Shown here in pieces: positions 1 through 13,689 of a stretch of DNA of 64,000 nt (position 1 is the first letter of the stretch; each line of letters opens with the position of its first letter). The stretch is from Octopus vulgaris (lineage: Eukaryota). The notes under the pieces were generated by a model. It was not told where the DNA came from, searched no databases, and saw only the letters and a program-made list of their open reading frames with translations. Location: assembly GCA_951406725.2 (NCBI GenBank), contig OX597827.1, forward strand, positions 124,001-188,000. The letters are read 5' to 3'. The translations under genes and the position numbers were made by a program.

Positions 1-480
1 GTTGACCATATTGGGACCATGAAACTTAAAAATCAAAACAGCCATCAAGTTATAGCATAGCCAACCAGATATTGTTGTATGAGGCCACAAAGAAAGGATA
101 TGTTCTGTTGTGAAAATCAACTGCCCTCTGGACACCAATGTGGTAAAAAAAATACAAGACAAATAGGGCATCTATGGACCATTGATAAGGAGTTTGCAAA
201 TCCAGTACCTAAGATACACTTTCAGCTTCATACCTATTATTGTTGGAGCAATGGGATACATGCCAACCCATCTGGAGCAAAGCATGGCTGAACTTGGGAT
301 CTTGAGGAGAGTAAGCAAATCCATAATTCATACACTACAAATGATTACATTATTTAGGAACTATAAAAATCTACAAGATCTTCTTACAGTTAAAACAAGA
401 TGCTTTCATTCACAACCTTGCTACCTAAGTAGGTGGCCAATCAAAATTTATTCTAAATTAAAAAGAGAAGGAAAACATGC
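1..480 (+). mobile_element. 3' fragment of a decayed non-LTR retrotransposon with a restriction-like endonuclease (R4/NeSL-type)
   Basis: Interrupted reading gives ..QPDIVV..CPLD..YTFSFIPIIVGAMG.., the PD-(D/E) REL C-terminus. Same motif order as 32800-33300. Confidence 0.7.
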
Positions 481-2537
481 ATATATATCTTGGCCATACA
501 TCACCAGATGGCCAGCACTTAGTCACAAATTCAATTGTTTTAAGATAAATATTCCCCTTTTGTGCACTGGATGCCAGTCTTACTCAAGTTAACATTCTCA
601 CATCTGGTATAACAGTTTGGCGTAGAATTAGGCATTTTCTGCAGAGACAAAACAAAATAGTTACTGCAGTGCATTTGAACATAGATTAGAGATATAATTG
701 ATACCTTTGCTAATTAACCTTTCTACATCGTTTTAGAAGGTGGTTTGGTTGTTGTATAACTCCTATTCAAGCAGACCTTTGATCAAAAGAGCCCCAATTA
801 TGATATCCCATCTATCGTTCAGCCTTGTGTATCTAGTACTACACTGTTGAAATTGTTTTTATTATGTATTTGATGGTTGTGTATGGTTTAGGAGTATTTG
901 GACTCGATGTCCATTATATGGAGCAACCTCTTTTAGTGAGGGAGTTTCTTTGTGGTATCTTGGTCTGCTAAGAGTAGATAAAATCATCCTCACTTCAAAC
1001 CATTAATGTTTTAGAAGGTCCTAAGTGATGTACCCTTTAAGCTATGCATGTGTACATGTTTTACAGCATGTGCACAAAGGAAAAGATGTGTGTGCACAAG
1101 GGTTTTGAGATGAAACTGAATTATTTTGAAGATTGCTAGCATGAATGCATACATCCCTTACAAACGAAAAAAAAATGGCATACAGGCAAATTTGTGCACA
1201 AACACACACCAAAAAATTAAAAGAGACATTGGTCATACATATCCAGATTCAGAGAAAAAGAGATAGGATGGGCTAATTATGAGTGAACAACTTTGAACAA
1301 TCTGCTCTATTGAGACTGACCTAGAGTTAAATAATACCTACATAGATATCTGTCCTTTGTTGTTATATGATTTTTAGCCAAAAACCTATTGTTCTATTAA
1401 GATCAACCCATTCGTAGGATTAAGACTGAGAATATAGTACAGAAGCTGTTCGATCTTCTATACTCAGTTGTATATACACACTTGCAAATATGTGTGGTAG
1501 TTCTTAAACTAGTCAGTAATGTCACTCTGTGAGTTAAAGTGGGTTGAGAGAAACTGCATGAATCTTATAAAATTAGGTGGACTGTACTTTTAATTCACAG
1601 GATCAGCTTTGTGCCAAGCTGATATTGCCTGAGAATTACATTAAGGATACAAGAGTCTTGTGGAATACTCAATATAATTCAGTGAGTAGCCAAGTTGATA
1701 AAAAAATTGGAATATTCCATTGATGGGAACCAGTAGAGATCTCTTTATTGAGATAACAGGCTGTATAAAAGTATGTCAAAGGAATGAGGTGTCCCCTTTT
1801 CCTGAAAAACGTCTCATTTCTTCTGAAACTTCCTCTTCACTTCCTATGTATTTTCTCTAACAACTGAAATGATTCACAGTAAATGTTAACTATGCTAGTT
1901 CCCCTCACTGTTATCTCTGTCTTGTCGTCTGTGCACACTAAGAGGGCTTGGGACATCTTCCATCCGTTTTAGACAAACTAAAATAAGGAACTAAATATAT
2001 GGTGTTATCAACTTACTCTCACCACAAATAGCCACATTACTACCATAATGCAACCTACTAAAAATAGCAGTCAAATCACCCTTAAAACAGGAAGGATACA
2101 TTGGATGATTTAGTTTTTGATACACAATGACTGAGAGAAGGACAAGATGGTCATGGCTGGAATTCCTTTGATCTGCCAAGTGTTGACATGACTCTAAACA
2201 ACAAAAACAGCAGTGTAAATCCTTGTTGGATCAGTAAGGTATCTGATATGGTAGGGGGTCAAGTATTATTTGGCCTGACCTCACCCATAGACCATATTTG
2301 TAGTGTTTTGAGTTACTTCCCTTCAATTATAAAATTACTTATTATTTATTTAACCCATCATCTTGATAAAATATTCAGTTTGAGTCAGTATTCCAGCCAT
2401 GTCCCCCAGATTAATAAGCTATGAGTAAAGTCACCTTTTATCTAGTTATCTATCTCATTATAATGCAACATAACACGGTGTTATAATAAGGTAACCTCTC
2501 ACCACAGAAGAAAGATAAAGACTCAAAGATGAGTGAT

Positions 2538-3006
2538 AGTATTTATCCCCACTTAAAAGTGGATGTTCTGTTAGAACAAACTATACTGCAGTAGTTACCA
2601 CGAGAGAAACTCTCATTGTTTTTTTTATATTTTATACAAAATGCACTTGATATTAATACTGCCTCTGTTGCTAATATATGTTTTTTTTTAACAAGCTAAC
2701 TTGCTCATTTTTACACCAGCGTCTGTTCTTGTATTGTCAATCTATATATTGCTGGCAGGGTGATGATTCGCTGCTACTTCTTGCGGTTGAGTGTTCATCA
2801 TTGACAAGACTAAACAAGGTTGAAATCACTTGATCTGGAGGTGGCAGGGATTTATCTCCCTGCTCGCAACATAAACAAATGTGCATTTTGAACCAAAAAG
2901 CCAATGTGAGAGTTTCTCATCATGGTAACTACAGCAGTGTAGTTTGTTCTAACAAAACATCCATGTTTATGTGGAGATAAATATTACCTCTCTGTATTAA
3001 TACTGT
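2538..3006. mobile_element. MITE with long (~120-140 bp) imperfect terminal inverted repeats, copy 1
   Basis: tatttatccccacttaaaagtggatgttctgttagaacaaactatactg... (2540 onward) is the reverse complement of ...cagtgtagtttgttctaacaaaacatccatgtttatgtggagataaata (ending ~2982). A second copy lies at 20562-21220. Confidence 0.8.
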
Positions 3007-3129
3007 CACTAATATATACCTTTTAACAAAGATGAGTATTTAGTCTCTCCTTTAATTTTATTGATTTTATTGAACTGCCCTTATGTGCACATAAACTGCA
3101 TGTGCAAGCCATTTGAAAGTGAAGTGCCC

Positions 3130-5340
3130 TGGTCATATTTTACGATACAATTAGTCTAAACCAGAGATTTGCAGGTCTGGAAACAGCAATGACTTTTGCT
3201 TTATTCAGTTAGTCCAAGAGTAATGGAAAAAGACAGAAAAGTGCAAGTTGCAACTTAACCTAAATGATAAAGATAAAATTATAACTATTAAACAAAGTTC
3301 TGAGAGTACTGTCACCCTAAAAAACAAAAAAAAAACATGTGTCCACTATCAACTTTTTTAGTAGAAACCAGTTACTATCAAAGAAATTTGACTTATTTCT
3401 AACTGATATTGAAATTTACAGGACAATTTATTCAGAGATAGGATTCTATTTGGAATACAGAACAAATATATTTTAGTACCACTGCTTCAGGATGTAGAAA
3501 ATGATACACAGATTAAATGGATCACTGAAGGCTCTTTAATCTTAGCCATGACACAAACACCAGCAAAAAAAAAAAAAAAAACCCAGGACAGTTTAAAAGC
3601 ACCCCATCCAAAATTCAAAGAAAATCCCACAAATGATTGTATCTATTCATGTAGTAAAATATGATAGAATTCATTCACTTAAATAATGCCCTGCCTATGG
3701 GAAACTATGGGCAAAATACCATAAGCAAAATCATTTTGCTATTAGAAATAAGCACACAGGAAAATGATTTGTTGACATTGGATGAAGCAGTAAAAGGTAA
3801 AAGATTTATCTGCTTGGGGTGAGGAGAAACCAGAGTAGTGAAGGCTGGTCTCAAGATATTGAGCCTCACAGAGCAGCTAACAAGGGATCAAAATGATTGG
3901 CAATTTGCTGTGTTCAAGAAGATCCATCCATCACAACAAGATGAGACCTTAAAAATATTTTGTTTATGCTTGTACATGTAGGGCCCTGTACCTACACTCA
4001 TTCTGCCCCATCATACATTCCCTACATCTCATGCCCCAACTCCCCTTTCTTTAACACTCATCACTCCTTTGTCTGTGGCATTACTTGGCTACTGTAATCA
4101 CTTGAGAGCAGAATTGGCACATATTACATCCTCTCTTTTCTCTGCACTACTAGTTACCTCCTTACCCTTCTGGAACCGCCATCATTGAAACCATATTGGG
4201 AGTTCTGTGATGAAATTGTATATCACAACCAATTGCCTTTCAAAAGTGACAGTAGAATCATCCCTGAATCATTCAGAAGTGAAAGTTTCACCAGGAACAT
4301 CAAAGCCAGAGATGTACAGTCTTTGCCTGTCAGGGATTCATTGGAAAGCAGTTGAAAAGCATATCATATGTGTAAAATTCAGAACAGTCTTAAAGAACTG
4401 TTACTGCCTCAATGTCAATGGTTAAAGGTTGGTGTTGATTTGTTCTGAACTAGTGGTGATGGTTATTTAATTATTGTTGAGTATTACATCAAATTTGCTG
4501 AGATAATACAGTTGAGTAATCAAACCAGTTTTACAATTATAAACAAGTTGAAACCAGTCTTTGTCATAGAAGGAATAACAGAAATTCTAATTTCAAACAA
4601 TGCTTTGCAATTATTTTTTGAAGAATTGAAAAATTTTGCTAAAATGTGGGACTTTGACCATATCAAAGCCAGTCAATGATTTCTACAATCAAATGGACCA
4701 GCTGAAATTGCAATGAAACTCATGAAGATATTCTTTTCTACTCTAGGCACAAGGCTTGTCATTTTTGAGGAGGGAGCCATTCAATCATTTCGACCCCAGT
4801 ACGCAACTGGTACTTAATTTATCAACCCCAAAAGGATCAAAGGCAATGTTGACCTCTGTGGAATTTGAACTCAGAATGAAACTCATGAAGATATTGATAA
4901 AAGAATGTAGAGAGGAAAACAAAAGAACTGCCTGGAACTGTTAGACTTAATAAATACTTCAATAGACAAGGTTGGTAAATCACCTGCACAACTTGTTATG
5001 TATTATTGACGTTTGAGGACAATACTACCTACATCATGTCAGCTACTGTACCCTCATACAATAAATCTATCAGATGGATATGCTGACCTCCAAAGGCTGA
5101 TTTAGAAGTATTACAACCAACACACAAGAAAGCCACTCACATCATTGGATCCTGGTGATTATGTACGAGTACAAGTAAAGGACTAAATAATACCAGCACT
5201 CATCAAAGACAAAATCAATAACCCAAGATCGTATGTGGTTGAGCAATGACCCAACTAGAAAGTAACATAGGAGAAACTGACAATACATTTGACCATCAAA
5301 AGAGGCTGACAGACAATTCAAACAGAGAACAACACATCTG
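3130..5340 (+). mobile_element. Heavily decayed Ty3/Gypsy internal region (gag-like remnant and integrase), interrupted by RTE and SINE insertions
   Basis: Frameshifted integrase motifs at 4560-5260: GITEILISNN..F..ELKNFAKMWDFDHI..QSNGPAE, SPAQLVM..RLRTILP, YYNQH..LDPGDYVRV..PRSYVV. The gag assignment (3130-3540) is weaker. Confidence 0.65.
4733..4874 (-). mobile_element. 5'-truncated tRNA-derived SINE (family A) with a 21-bp target-site duplication
   Basis: aatgaaactcatgaagatatt occurs at 4712-4732 and 4875-4895. The insert matches the SINE body seen at 37037-37248 and 25625-25815. Confidence 0.85.
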
Positions 5341-6151
5341 TCTTGAATTTCTACACAGTTTTTGTCTAATAAATTTCACTCACTAAGTTTTGGTTTTCAA
5401 TAGGTGGTTTCAGCAGAAGATACTTTCCAAAGATGACATACAATGAAATTGAACTTGAAATCATGCAGTTGGGAAGTGAATGTCTTAACCACATAGCCAT
5501 GTTTGCACCCACTTACTCTAGTTAATGTTCTAGTTTTGGGCAAGAACATATTCAGATCAAATTGTGTTGCCTGCTTCAGCTATATTTTTTAATCTTTTAT
5601 CTTCTACTTGTTTCAGTCTGCATATTTGAATGCTGGGGCACCACTTTGAAGGGTTTTAGCTGAACAGGTTAATCCTAGTGCTTATTTTTGTTTTTCAATC
5701 TAGTACTTAGCTAATAGCATGGTCCTGAAACTACTCTATGGTACTAATTCTTTTATTTTTTCACTACTTGTTGGCAGGACATTATCTTCAAGAGTTTTAG
5801 TCAGTCATATCAACTTCAGTAAGCATTGCTGTCTGGTACTAATTTTATTAATCTTTATTTATCAAATAGCTAAGTTTTACAGATTTGCACATGTATACAT
5901 AAACACATACAGAAATAGATTTTCAGGCATGAATTTATATGTGTGTACGTATGTGTGTGTGTGTGCATATATATATTATATAAATGAGAGTGTATGTTTG
6001 TGTATATCACAGAAAGGTTCTGAAATGGTGCATTGTTGAGAAAAATAGATTTGATTTTTGAAATCTGTATCCTAATGAGAAGGATTTTGGTACTTAGTAA
6101 TCAAAAAATATAATCTACTATGAGAAATAACTCAACTTTCAGATCACCACG

Positions 6152-6421
6152 TCTCTCTCTCTCTCTCTCTCTGTCTTTTATGCTTTTCTCCTCTCTATAT
6201 ATATTTACCACTCTCTCTCTCTTTCTCTCTTTCACTGTATATCTCTCACACTTGCTTTTCCAACCCCTCTCTCTCTCTCTCTCTCTCTCTCTGTCTTTTA
6301 TGCTTTTCTCCTCTCTATATATATTTATCACTCTCTCTCTCTTTCTCTCTTTCACTGTATATCTCTCACACTTGCTTTTCCAACCCCTCTCTCTCTCTCT
6401 CTCTCTCGCTCTCTTTTATAT
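6152..6421. repeat. Tandem duplication of a ~120-bp unit built on (CT)n tracts (about 2.2 copies)
   Basis: 6181-6300 and 6301-6420 are nearly identical. Confidence 0.9.
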
Positions 6422-7454
6422 GATATGTAATTATTTTCATTTTGTTTAAAACTTCACCATCAAAATGATTTTGCTTTCATTCAGTGATAGACATCTATCA
6501 TGCAGAAAATGCTAGCTTCCAAATCCTATTTTCTGATTGGGTAAAAATGATCAAACTTTAAAACTCTGTAACATTTTTCTAAAATTTTTCTGGAATAAAT
6601 GAATCACAGAATTGGATACTGAACTGGTTTCTCATTCCTTTTATAGTGGTTTACTCTTCTAAATATTTGATATCCCTGCTCAATATAGCAGCAAAATTTC
6701 TTTAAAATTTTCTCTGACCAAGACTACTCCAGTAACAACAACAGAAGTTCTCAGTCAATCAACATCTATTACCCCTCAACCTCATATCACAAGAATCACA
6801 ATACAATATCAATTTGTTGACTAAAGGATTAATGGCACATATCCTATTCCTAGCAATGCACAGTATCTCTGGTTAAGATACTGAACTCATAAATAATCCA
6901 GTCTAACTGTAAATAGGCACCATAGGTAGGACAGTTCACTGCTGTAAACAATGAGGCACTGTAAAACTGAATCACAATTGTTATTTTGTAGTGCTGTGTT
7001 CAACTCTTAAATACGATACTTAAAGGCACACAATTAGTCATGCACAACTTGATCTAAATAAAAACTTCCCTAAAGGCAAAGTTTCTAAATAGTATCCCTG
7101 TAACCCATTATTTATCCACTAGGCAGCAAGGAATCTTGCATAGGGTCACTAAACCTGCTAGAAAAGCACCAAATATCTCTCAAAGCACACCCTACTGTCT
7201 CAAAATAGAGAAGGGCACATCAGATAAAGTACACTGTTAGTAAAAAGAAAAAAATAGTATAGCTGGAAGGCTTTGATCAGTTATACTCAACCAAGAACTG
7301 ATCTGGGGCTAAACAAATGTCTACCATCCAATCAGTAAAGCTACAGAGACTGAGAAATAATTGATTTGTTTTCTTTTTTTCTTGCAGGACATTCTGATTT
7401 GTCAACTCAAATTAACTTCCCTATTTTCAATTTTCAGATCCAAGGATTTAAAAG

Positions 7455-7513
7455 ATGGATGAATCAGAGTTGGAGATCAGATCTCAAGATGAAGTTTGTG
7501 ACCTTTCTTCATG
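7455..7513 (+). CDS. Candidate first coding exon of ZNF-A (MDESELEIRSQDEVCDLSS-W)
   Basis: Polypyrimidine acceptors at 7387 and 7437, ATG at 7455, donor TG|GTATGA at 7513/7514. The phase-2 donor matches the phase-2 acceptor at 18320/18321, giving a TGG codon and an open frame. Confidence 0.45.
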
Positions 7514-8301
7514 GTATGATATTTATTTCATCTGTCAGTATCTTCAGATAAAAGAACAAAACTTTCTTTTGGTTATATGCAAGGAAAGGAAATATAAAGT
7601 GGGGTATTTAAGCATTAAGCAAAGAATTACCAATATTTAGTGAGAAACAGTGGATTGGCAGAGTTGGTAGAGTGATTGTCAAAATGCCTTGCTGCACTTA
7701 GTTTCATACCTTTACATTCTGAGTTCAAATCCTGCTGAGATCATCTTTGACTTTCATCATTCTAGAGGTTGATGAAATAAAGTATCAGTCGAATCTGAGG
7801 CCGCTATAAATAACTCTACATTTCTCCAAAACTGTCAAGCCATATAACAATATTAAGGGAAGTATGGTATTTAGTCTAATCAGGTATACCCAGCTCCTAT
7901 ATTTCAAGGCTTTGAGCCTATGTTAGCAATTAATATTAAGCAGTGTGAAATAGTTTCAATTAGGACTAGAAAGTGTCATGTAGAATCAAGTTGGCAGAAA
8001 TAGGTCTCTGGTAATGAAAATGCTCTGTCAATGAATAAAGCACTTAAAAACAAGAATACTAGGAGCAGTTTGACCAAAAGGGGCAATCTTCATTCAAAAT
8101 AAGGATATTATAAGTTATTTCATATAGAAAGAAGGTAATTTTTGAACAGGAAGCACTACAAATTTAAATCAAGATAAATTCAAATGTATTAGTTCATAAA
8201 ATGTTTAGATAGGTGATTAGATAAGTTTTATTAACAATGAAAAGTCTTTCAGTCACACTGTAATCTTTCGTCCTCTGACATGAGTTCCCCTTCTCAAATG
8301 T

Positions 8302-8672
8302 CCCTGCCCTCTCAAAATTCTTTGTCTCACAAGTTATTTGGTGACCCTGCCCTCTCAAAATTCTTTGTCTCACGAGTTATTTGGTGACCCTGCCAGTGCT
8401 GGTGCCACATAAAAAGCATCCAATCCACAGTGTAAAGTTGTTGGCATTTAGAAGGGCATCTAGCTGTAAAACTCATGCCAAAACTGACCTTATGCTAAAA
8501 GCACCGAGTCCACTCTACAGAGTGGTTGGTGTTAGCAAGGGCATCTAGTCATAAAAACCCTGCTAAAACAGACACAGTAACCTGGGGCAGTCTTCTACCT
8601 GGCTGGCTCCTGTCAACCATCCTACCCATATATTCATGGAAGACAGATGTTAAACGATAACGATGATGATGA
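8302..8672 (+). mobile_element. RTE-tail SINE/LINE 3' end (family C) with a 43-bp tandem duplication at 8302-8393
   Basis: tggttggtgttagcaagggcatctag...gatgttaaacgataacgatgatgatga tail. The unit ccctgccctctcaaaattctttgtctcacaagttatttggtga occurs twice. Confidence 0.7.
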
Positions 8673-8724
8673 GATGTATATATATATATGTATATAGATG
8701 TGTGTGTGTGTGTGTGTATACACA

Positions 8725-8784
<60 letters not shown>

Positions 8785-9573
8785 TAAATAATATATATGC
8801 ATATATATATGTATGTATATCTCTATATATAAAACTGAAATGCGTTTTTACCGCTTGGATTGCCTTCAATGCCTCTACATCCCGTCCGATTCGCTCCAAA
8901 ATTTACAGGGACATGTAGAATGAGGTGACGATGCCCGTGGGCTACCTTAGAAATCCCTATCTTGAAAGTTGTGGTTGCTAGGGGCCATCTTCCTCACTCA
9001 CGCTATTTCCTCCTTTCCCTCTCTTATTCCCCTTCATTTATAACTTTGAGAAGTCCACTCCCGTTATTTAATGTATTCCCCTCAACTCCCTTTCACTTTC
9101 CCTTTATAAGTTCGTCAGACGGCTTTCTTTGATGTATCTGTCTGCATTCATAGGGAGAATTATCATTGCTACCAACAACACACAATCATGAGAACAGATA
9201 TTATGAATCAGATATTCATTGCGTTCATTTATATATGTGTGTGTGTGTGTGTGTTCGATATATAAATATGTATATATAATGTATATATACAAAGTGTATA
9301 TATCTGTATTTATGTATATTAAACTTTTTAATACTTTTTGATAGTTATATATATTTTTAAACAAATTATAAATATAATTTAATAATTTTTATTTTAAATT
9401 TAAATAATTTAAATTTTTCAATTTTATATATTTTCTATATTATATTTTTATTTTTATGTTTTTGTTTTTGTTTATTTTTGCCTATTAGTGGTTTTATCTC
9501 TAATTTAATTTATACATATATATATATAATTTGTATATATAATGCATGCACACACACACACACACATTATATA

Positions 9574-9631
<58 letters not shown>

Positions 9632-9682
9632 GTGTGCATTATGTGGTCGGTCGGTTCAGCTGAAAATATGCACACCTATGAA

Positions 9683-10771
9683 CCCTTTCGTTACTATATT
9701 TCTGACCAAAATACACCCCCTTATGTGTTTCAATTAATTTCTAACATAATCATAAAGTTAGTCTGGTTTCAGTAAACAACTATAACTTTTTTATTTATCA
9801 ATATATTAACGTGATTTTGGAAGATAATTGAATGAAATGTTCTCAACCAATTCTATACTATAATTTTTGTCACAAAGTGACTCTAATTGCAGGTAGATAC
9901 AGGTAAATTCAACAAAATATAAAATTATTAAAATTTTGTTCAAACATCGCTATAGAAAATGGGTTGTAAGCTAATATTCAATTGGGTATACAACAAAATT
10001 TTACGATAGAATTTGTTATTCTGGGTAACTTTCTGATACCCATAATAATATTTATGGCAAAATAGTCTTAATTTCATTTAAGGTTGTGGGGAAACCACTA
10101 ACTATCCTTTCTTTCGCTTTGTTTACATTTAGCGTAACGGTTCGTTTCCGCCGTAATAATTTCAAATAGGCTCATTCGAAAAAGTAAAAAGAAATAGTCT
10201 AAGGCTTTACTCTCCTGGGAAAGTCTGTGGCTTGGTCCAGTTTCTTCAGAAAAATCACCGAAAGAAACAGTTTTTCAATTTTCACTCCATTCAGGTGCCA
10301 ATTCATTTTCTTTATCGCTGTTGGAGCTCTCGGATTCACTGTTTTCACTTTCGGAAAATGAAACATCAGATGCATTATCAAATACCACGTGCTTTTTTTT
10401 TTTCAGTCATAGAGTTAGATTTATCAAGGTCTTCAGTAGAAAATCCTTCGAATTCTGACTCGCTGCTTGATATGATGAAATTCGTATCCATTTTTTTGTC
10501 AGAATTACAAAGTTTGAAAACACAATAGGAACAAATTTTGGAAAAAATCTCCCAAAATTCACGGAATTAAAATTACACTTCGATTGTTGTACAAAACTGT
10601 AGATGAACTGTTTACGAAGTATAATCACGTGTTTTCACGAATGTAATAAAGAGATTTGCTCTGATATTCTCATTTAAATATGAATAGGTAAATACGGGCG
10701 GGTTTGGGCGGTTTGGTCACATTAGCCAAAATTTTTTTCAGGCGGCTTTGGGCGGTTTGGTAACGAAAGGG
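9683..10771 (-). mobile_element. Internally deleted piggyBac (PGBD-type) transposon
   Basis: TIRs CCCTTTCGTTAC/GTAACGAAAGGG, flanked by TGAA (degenerate) and TTAA. Minus-strand remnant from ~10491 reads MDTNFIISSSESEFEGF..ALDYFFLLF..IITAETNRYA..W..TTLNEIK..IIMGIRKLP, the piggyBac transposase N-terminal region. Confidence 0.85.
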
Positions 10772-11533
10772 TTAAAAGTGTTGGCAAGTTTGCATGACAA
10801 CTATTTTTTTCCTCAAATGAAAGGCGTGACCTCTAGGACAAAATTCCTCATCTTATAAAATGTGGCCCCAGTAGACCCGAATGAAATCGGGTTATATTAA
10901 CCAAAAGGTGAAAAGGGGTATAAATGGGGCTGGAAGGGGATTAAAATTTAAAGGAGCGAGTGTTTAGGAATTCTCTGTTACATCAAGCTAAAAAATTTGC
11001 GCCAGCCTTTTAATCTTCAATGTGTTGCCGTCCATGATGAAGAGGTTTTGAATGCTTGCCATGGTGAGTCTACTGTCTTGAGAAAGAATCACTTCAAAAC
11101 TTGGTGTTTACGAATTTTCTTTTACATCAAGTTCAAAATTTTACGCCAGCCGTTAAACTGTCAATACGTTGCTGTCCGTCGTTAAGAAATGCTAGTCATG
11201 GTGACTCTACTATCCTCAGATTCTATCCCTTCAAACTTTGTTTTCCAATATTTTATTATTTTTATTCAGCTCGCAAGTTCGTCTGTCCCTTTTAAATGTT
11301 AGCGTTTTGCTGTCTGCCTTGAAGCAGACCTTTCCGTTGTCACTGCCTGATATTTATGATTGATCTTTCTAAATATTTTATTTCTCAACTTACTCAAGAT
11401 CTTTTGTTGTTTATAAATGGGAGAGAGATAGATAAAGATAGAGAGTAAGAGAAAGCGAGGGAGAGTCCGAGAGAAAAGAAAAGTAAGAGAGTGGGAAAGT
11501 GAGAGAGAAAGGAGAGAGAAACAAAGAGGGAGA

Positions 11534-11848
11534 ATCATCATCATCATCATCATCGTTTAACGTCCGTTTTCCGTCCTAGCACGGGTTGGACAGTTTGACC
11601 GGGGTCTGGGAAGCCAGGAGGCTGCACCAGGCTCCAGTCTGATCTGGCAGTGTTTCTACAGGTGGATGACCTTCCTAACGCCAACCACTCTGTGAGTGTA
11701 GTGGGTGCTATTTTCGTGCCGCAGGCACAGGTGCCAGGGGGCTCGCAGCGTCAACGATCAGTTGGTGCTTTTTACGTGCCACTGGCACAGAAGCCAGTCA
11801 AGGCGGCACTGCAATCGGCCACGTTCAGATGGTGCTTTTTACGTGCTG
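11534..11848 (-). mobile_element. SINE family C with RTE-like 3' end and (GAT)n tail
   Basis: Reverse complement of the copy at 30928-31210. Confidence 0.8.
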
Positions 11849-11949
11849 AAAGGAAGCAACAGAAAGTAACAACCACACCCTTACCCGCGCGTAGAGCGGG
11901 TCACCTTCAGCTAGTATATATATATATTTATATACACAGATATACACAC

Positions 11950-12560
11950 ACACACACATATGGGTACAGGACGTCACCAACAGTAACATGAAATAAAAAA
12001 GCAAATGAGTTCAGTATGCAAACAACGAGTGAAACAAATGGAAAGTAGGACAAGTAACATAAAAAACGACACTTCATCAGTTGTTGGCTGCCTATCTACA
12101 TCTCATTTCGAGCATTGAACAACAATGTGAGTCTTCAAAGACAGTTGCTTCCATAAGTACCAAAATAAAATTTGGAATTTATGGAGGGTCAAATTCGGGA
12201 ACAAAAACAGGACAGTAGAGACATACAATGAAACCGAACAGAAACAAACATGGAGGGTTGTTCGACCAGAACGAGGGTAAAATACTGAATGCTGGAGAAG
12301 TATTTTCTTTGACAAGAAAAAAGATAGAAGAAAGAGAGATAGGATACGTCCAGTCTTTAGGACAGTCCTGAAAGAAAAGAAAGATGATAACATGAGAAGA
12401 AGAAAGATGGACGATGATCATGTGTAAGCAACAATAGAGAAAAGGAGAGAGAAGGGAGAGAGAGAGACAGACAGATAGAAAATGGTGAAGGGGAGAAAAA
12501 GGAATTGGAGAAAGGATGTGAGAGAAAACGATGGGGAGAAAACAGTATAGAATAGAGTTG
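11950..12560. repeat. Probable interspersed repeat of unassigned class between microsatellites
   Basis: CpG-retaining, purine-rich block bounded by (CA)/(TA) tracts. No coding motif recognised and no second copy in the window. Confidence 0.3.
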
Positions 12561-13238
12561 CATCAAAAAGATTAAGATAAACTTACTTGATATATATATG
12601 TGTGTGTGTGTATATATATATATATGTATATACACAGATGTGTGTGTGTATATGCATCCATGTATATATATACATGTGTGTGTGAGGGTGTATGTATATA
12701 TCTGTGTTTGTCTGCTCCTCCCACTGCTTTGACAACCTGCATTGGTTTGTTTACATCCCTGTAACTTAAAGGTTTGGCAAAAGAAACTGATAAAAGAAAT
12801 GAATGAATGCCAAGAAATAAATGGTTTGAGACAGGGTTGTTTTGTTTAGATGAGATAATTGTTTTATCAATTGGTAGTTCAGTACATTATTAGCAACAGA
12901 ATTTATAACTGCTTGCTTCATTAAATCAGATGTTAAGAAGTTATAACTCCTTTAGCAGCTTTTCTTAATAAACAAAATAACTTTCCCTCAAGCCATTTCA
13001 TTCTTGACATTCATTTGTTTCTATTATGTGTTCATGTGGATATGCCCAACCTGTATATATATTCAGTGGATCTTGGGTTTGGTCAGGCATATTTTTTATG
13101 CAGTTCTGAAGAATCAGCTTTGATATGTGCTATGGAGGAAACCGTAAATGAAAATTAATCGATAGTTGCAGGAATTATTGCATAATAATGCAAGATTGAT
13201 TAGCAAAATGATTTGCTTACTCCATTTTTTAATATATG

Positions 13239-13285
<47 letters not shown>

Positions 13286-13689
13286 TATATATACATACAT
13301 ACACATTCACTTACACACACCACAAACACCTGCACAGGTATGTGTATATACACACATGGATATGTAAAGTCACAATTGCAAAATGTATTACTAATAGTAG
13401 TTGCTAGTACAGAACAACAACAACAAGAGAAATAATGGAAATAGTGCATGTATATATTATAAAATACAGTACAAAATATGAAAAAATATGTATACTTGAA
13501 TATATAAAGTGATATGGAAAGTAGCAACAACCAAGCAAACTACAGAATGGTAATTATCATCTAAGTATTTAAAGCATATGTTAATAGTTGTAGTAAAAGT
13601 TGCATTGACATGAGGTGAACCCTGGAGTTAGACAATCAGAGTAAAACTAATAATATTTACAATGACAATAACAACAACAACAGTAATAA

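Larger units (their letters stand above)
8820..11914 (+). mobile_element. Non-autonomous Helitron carrying nested piggyBac and SINE insertions
   Basis: 5' A|TCTCTATATATAAAACTG at 8820. 3' hairpin acccgcgcgtagagcgggt (11883-11901) is followed by CTAG|T (11911-11915). No TSD. Pairing of these two ends into one element is inferred. Confidence 0.7.

Noticed and set aside
8549-9775. ORFs rich in YI/CV/HT dipeptides (also near 13100, 22400, 47200, 52700 and 59400)
   Set aside because: These are translations of (TA)n/(CA)n microsatellites, not genes.
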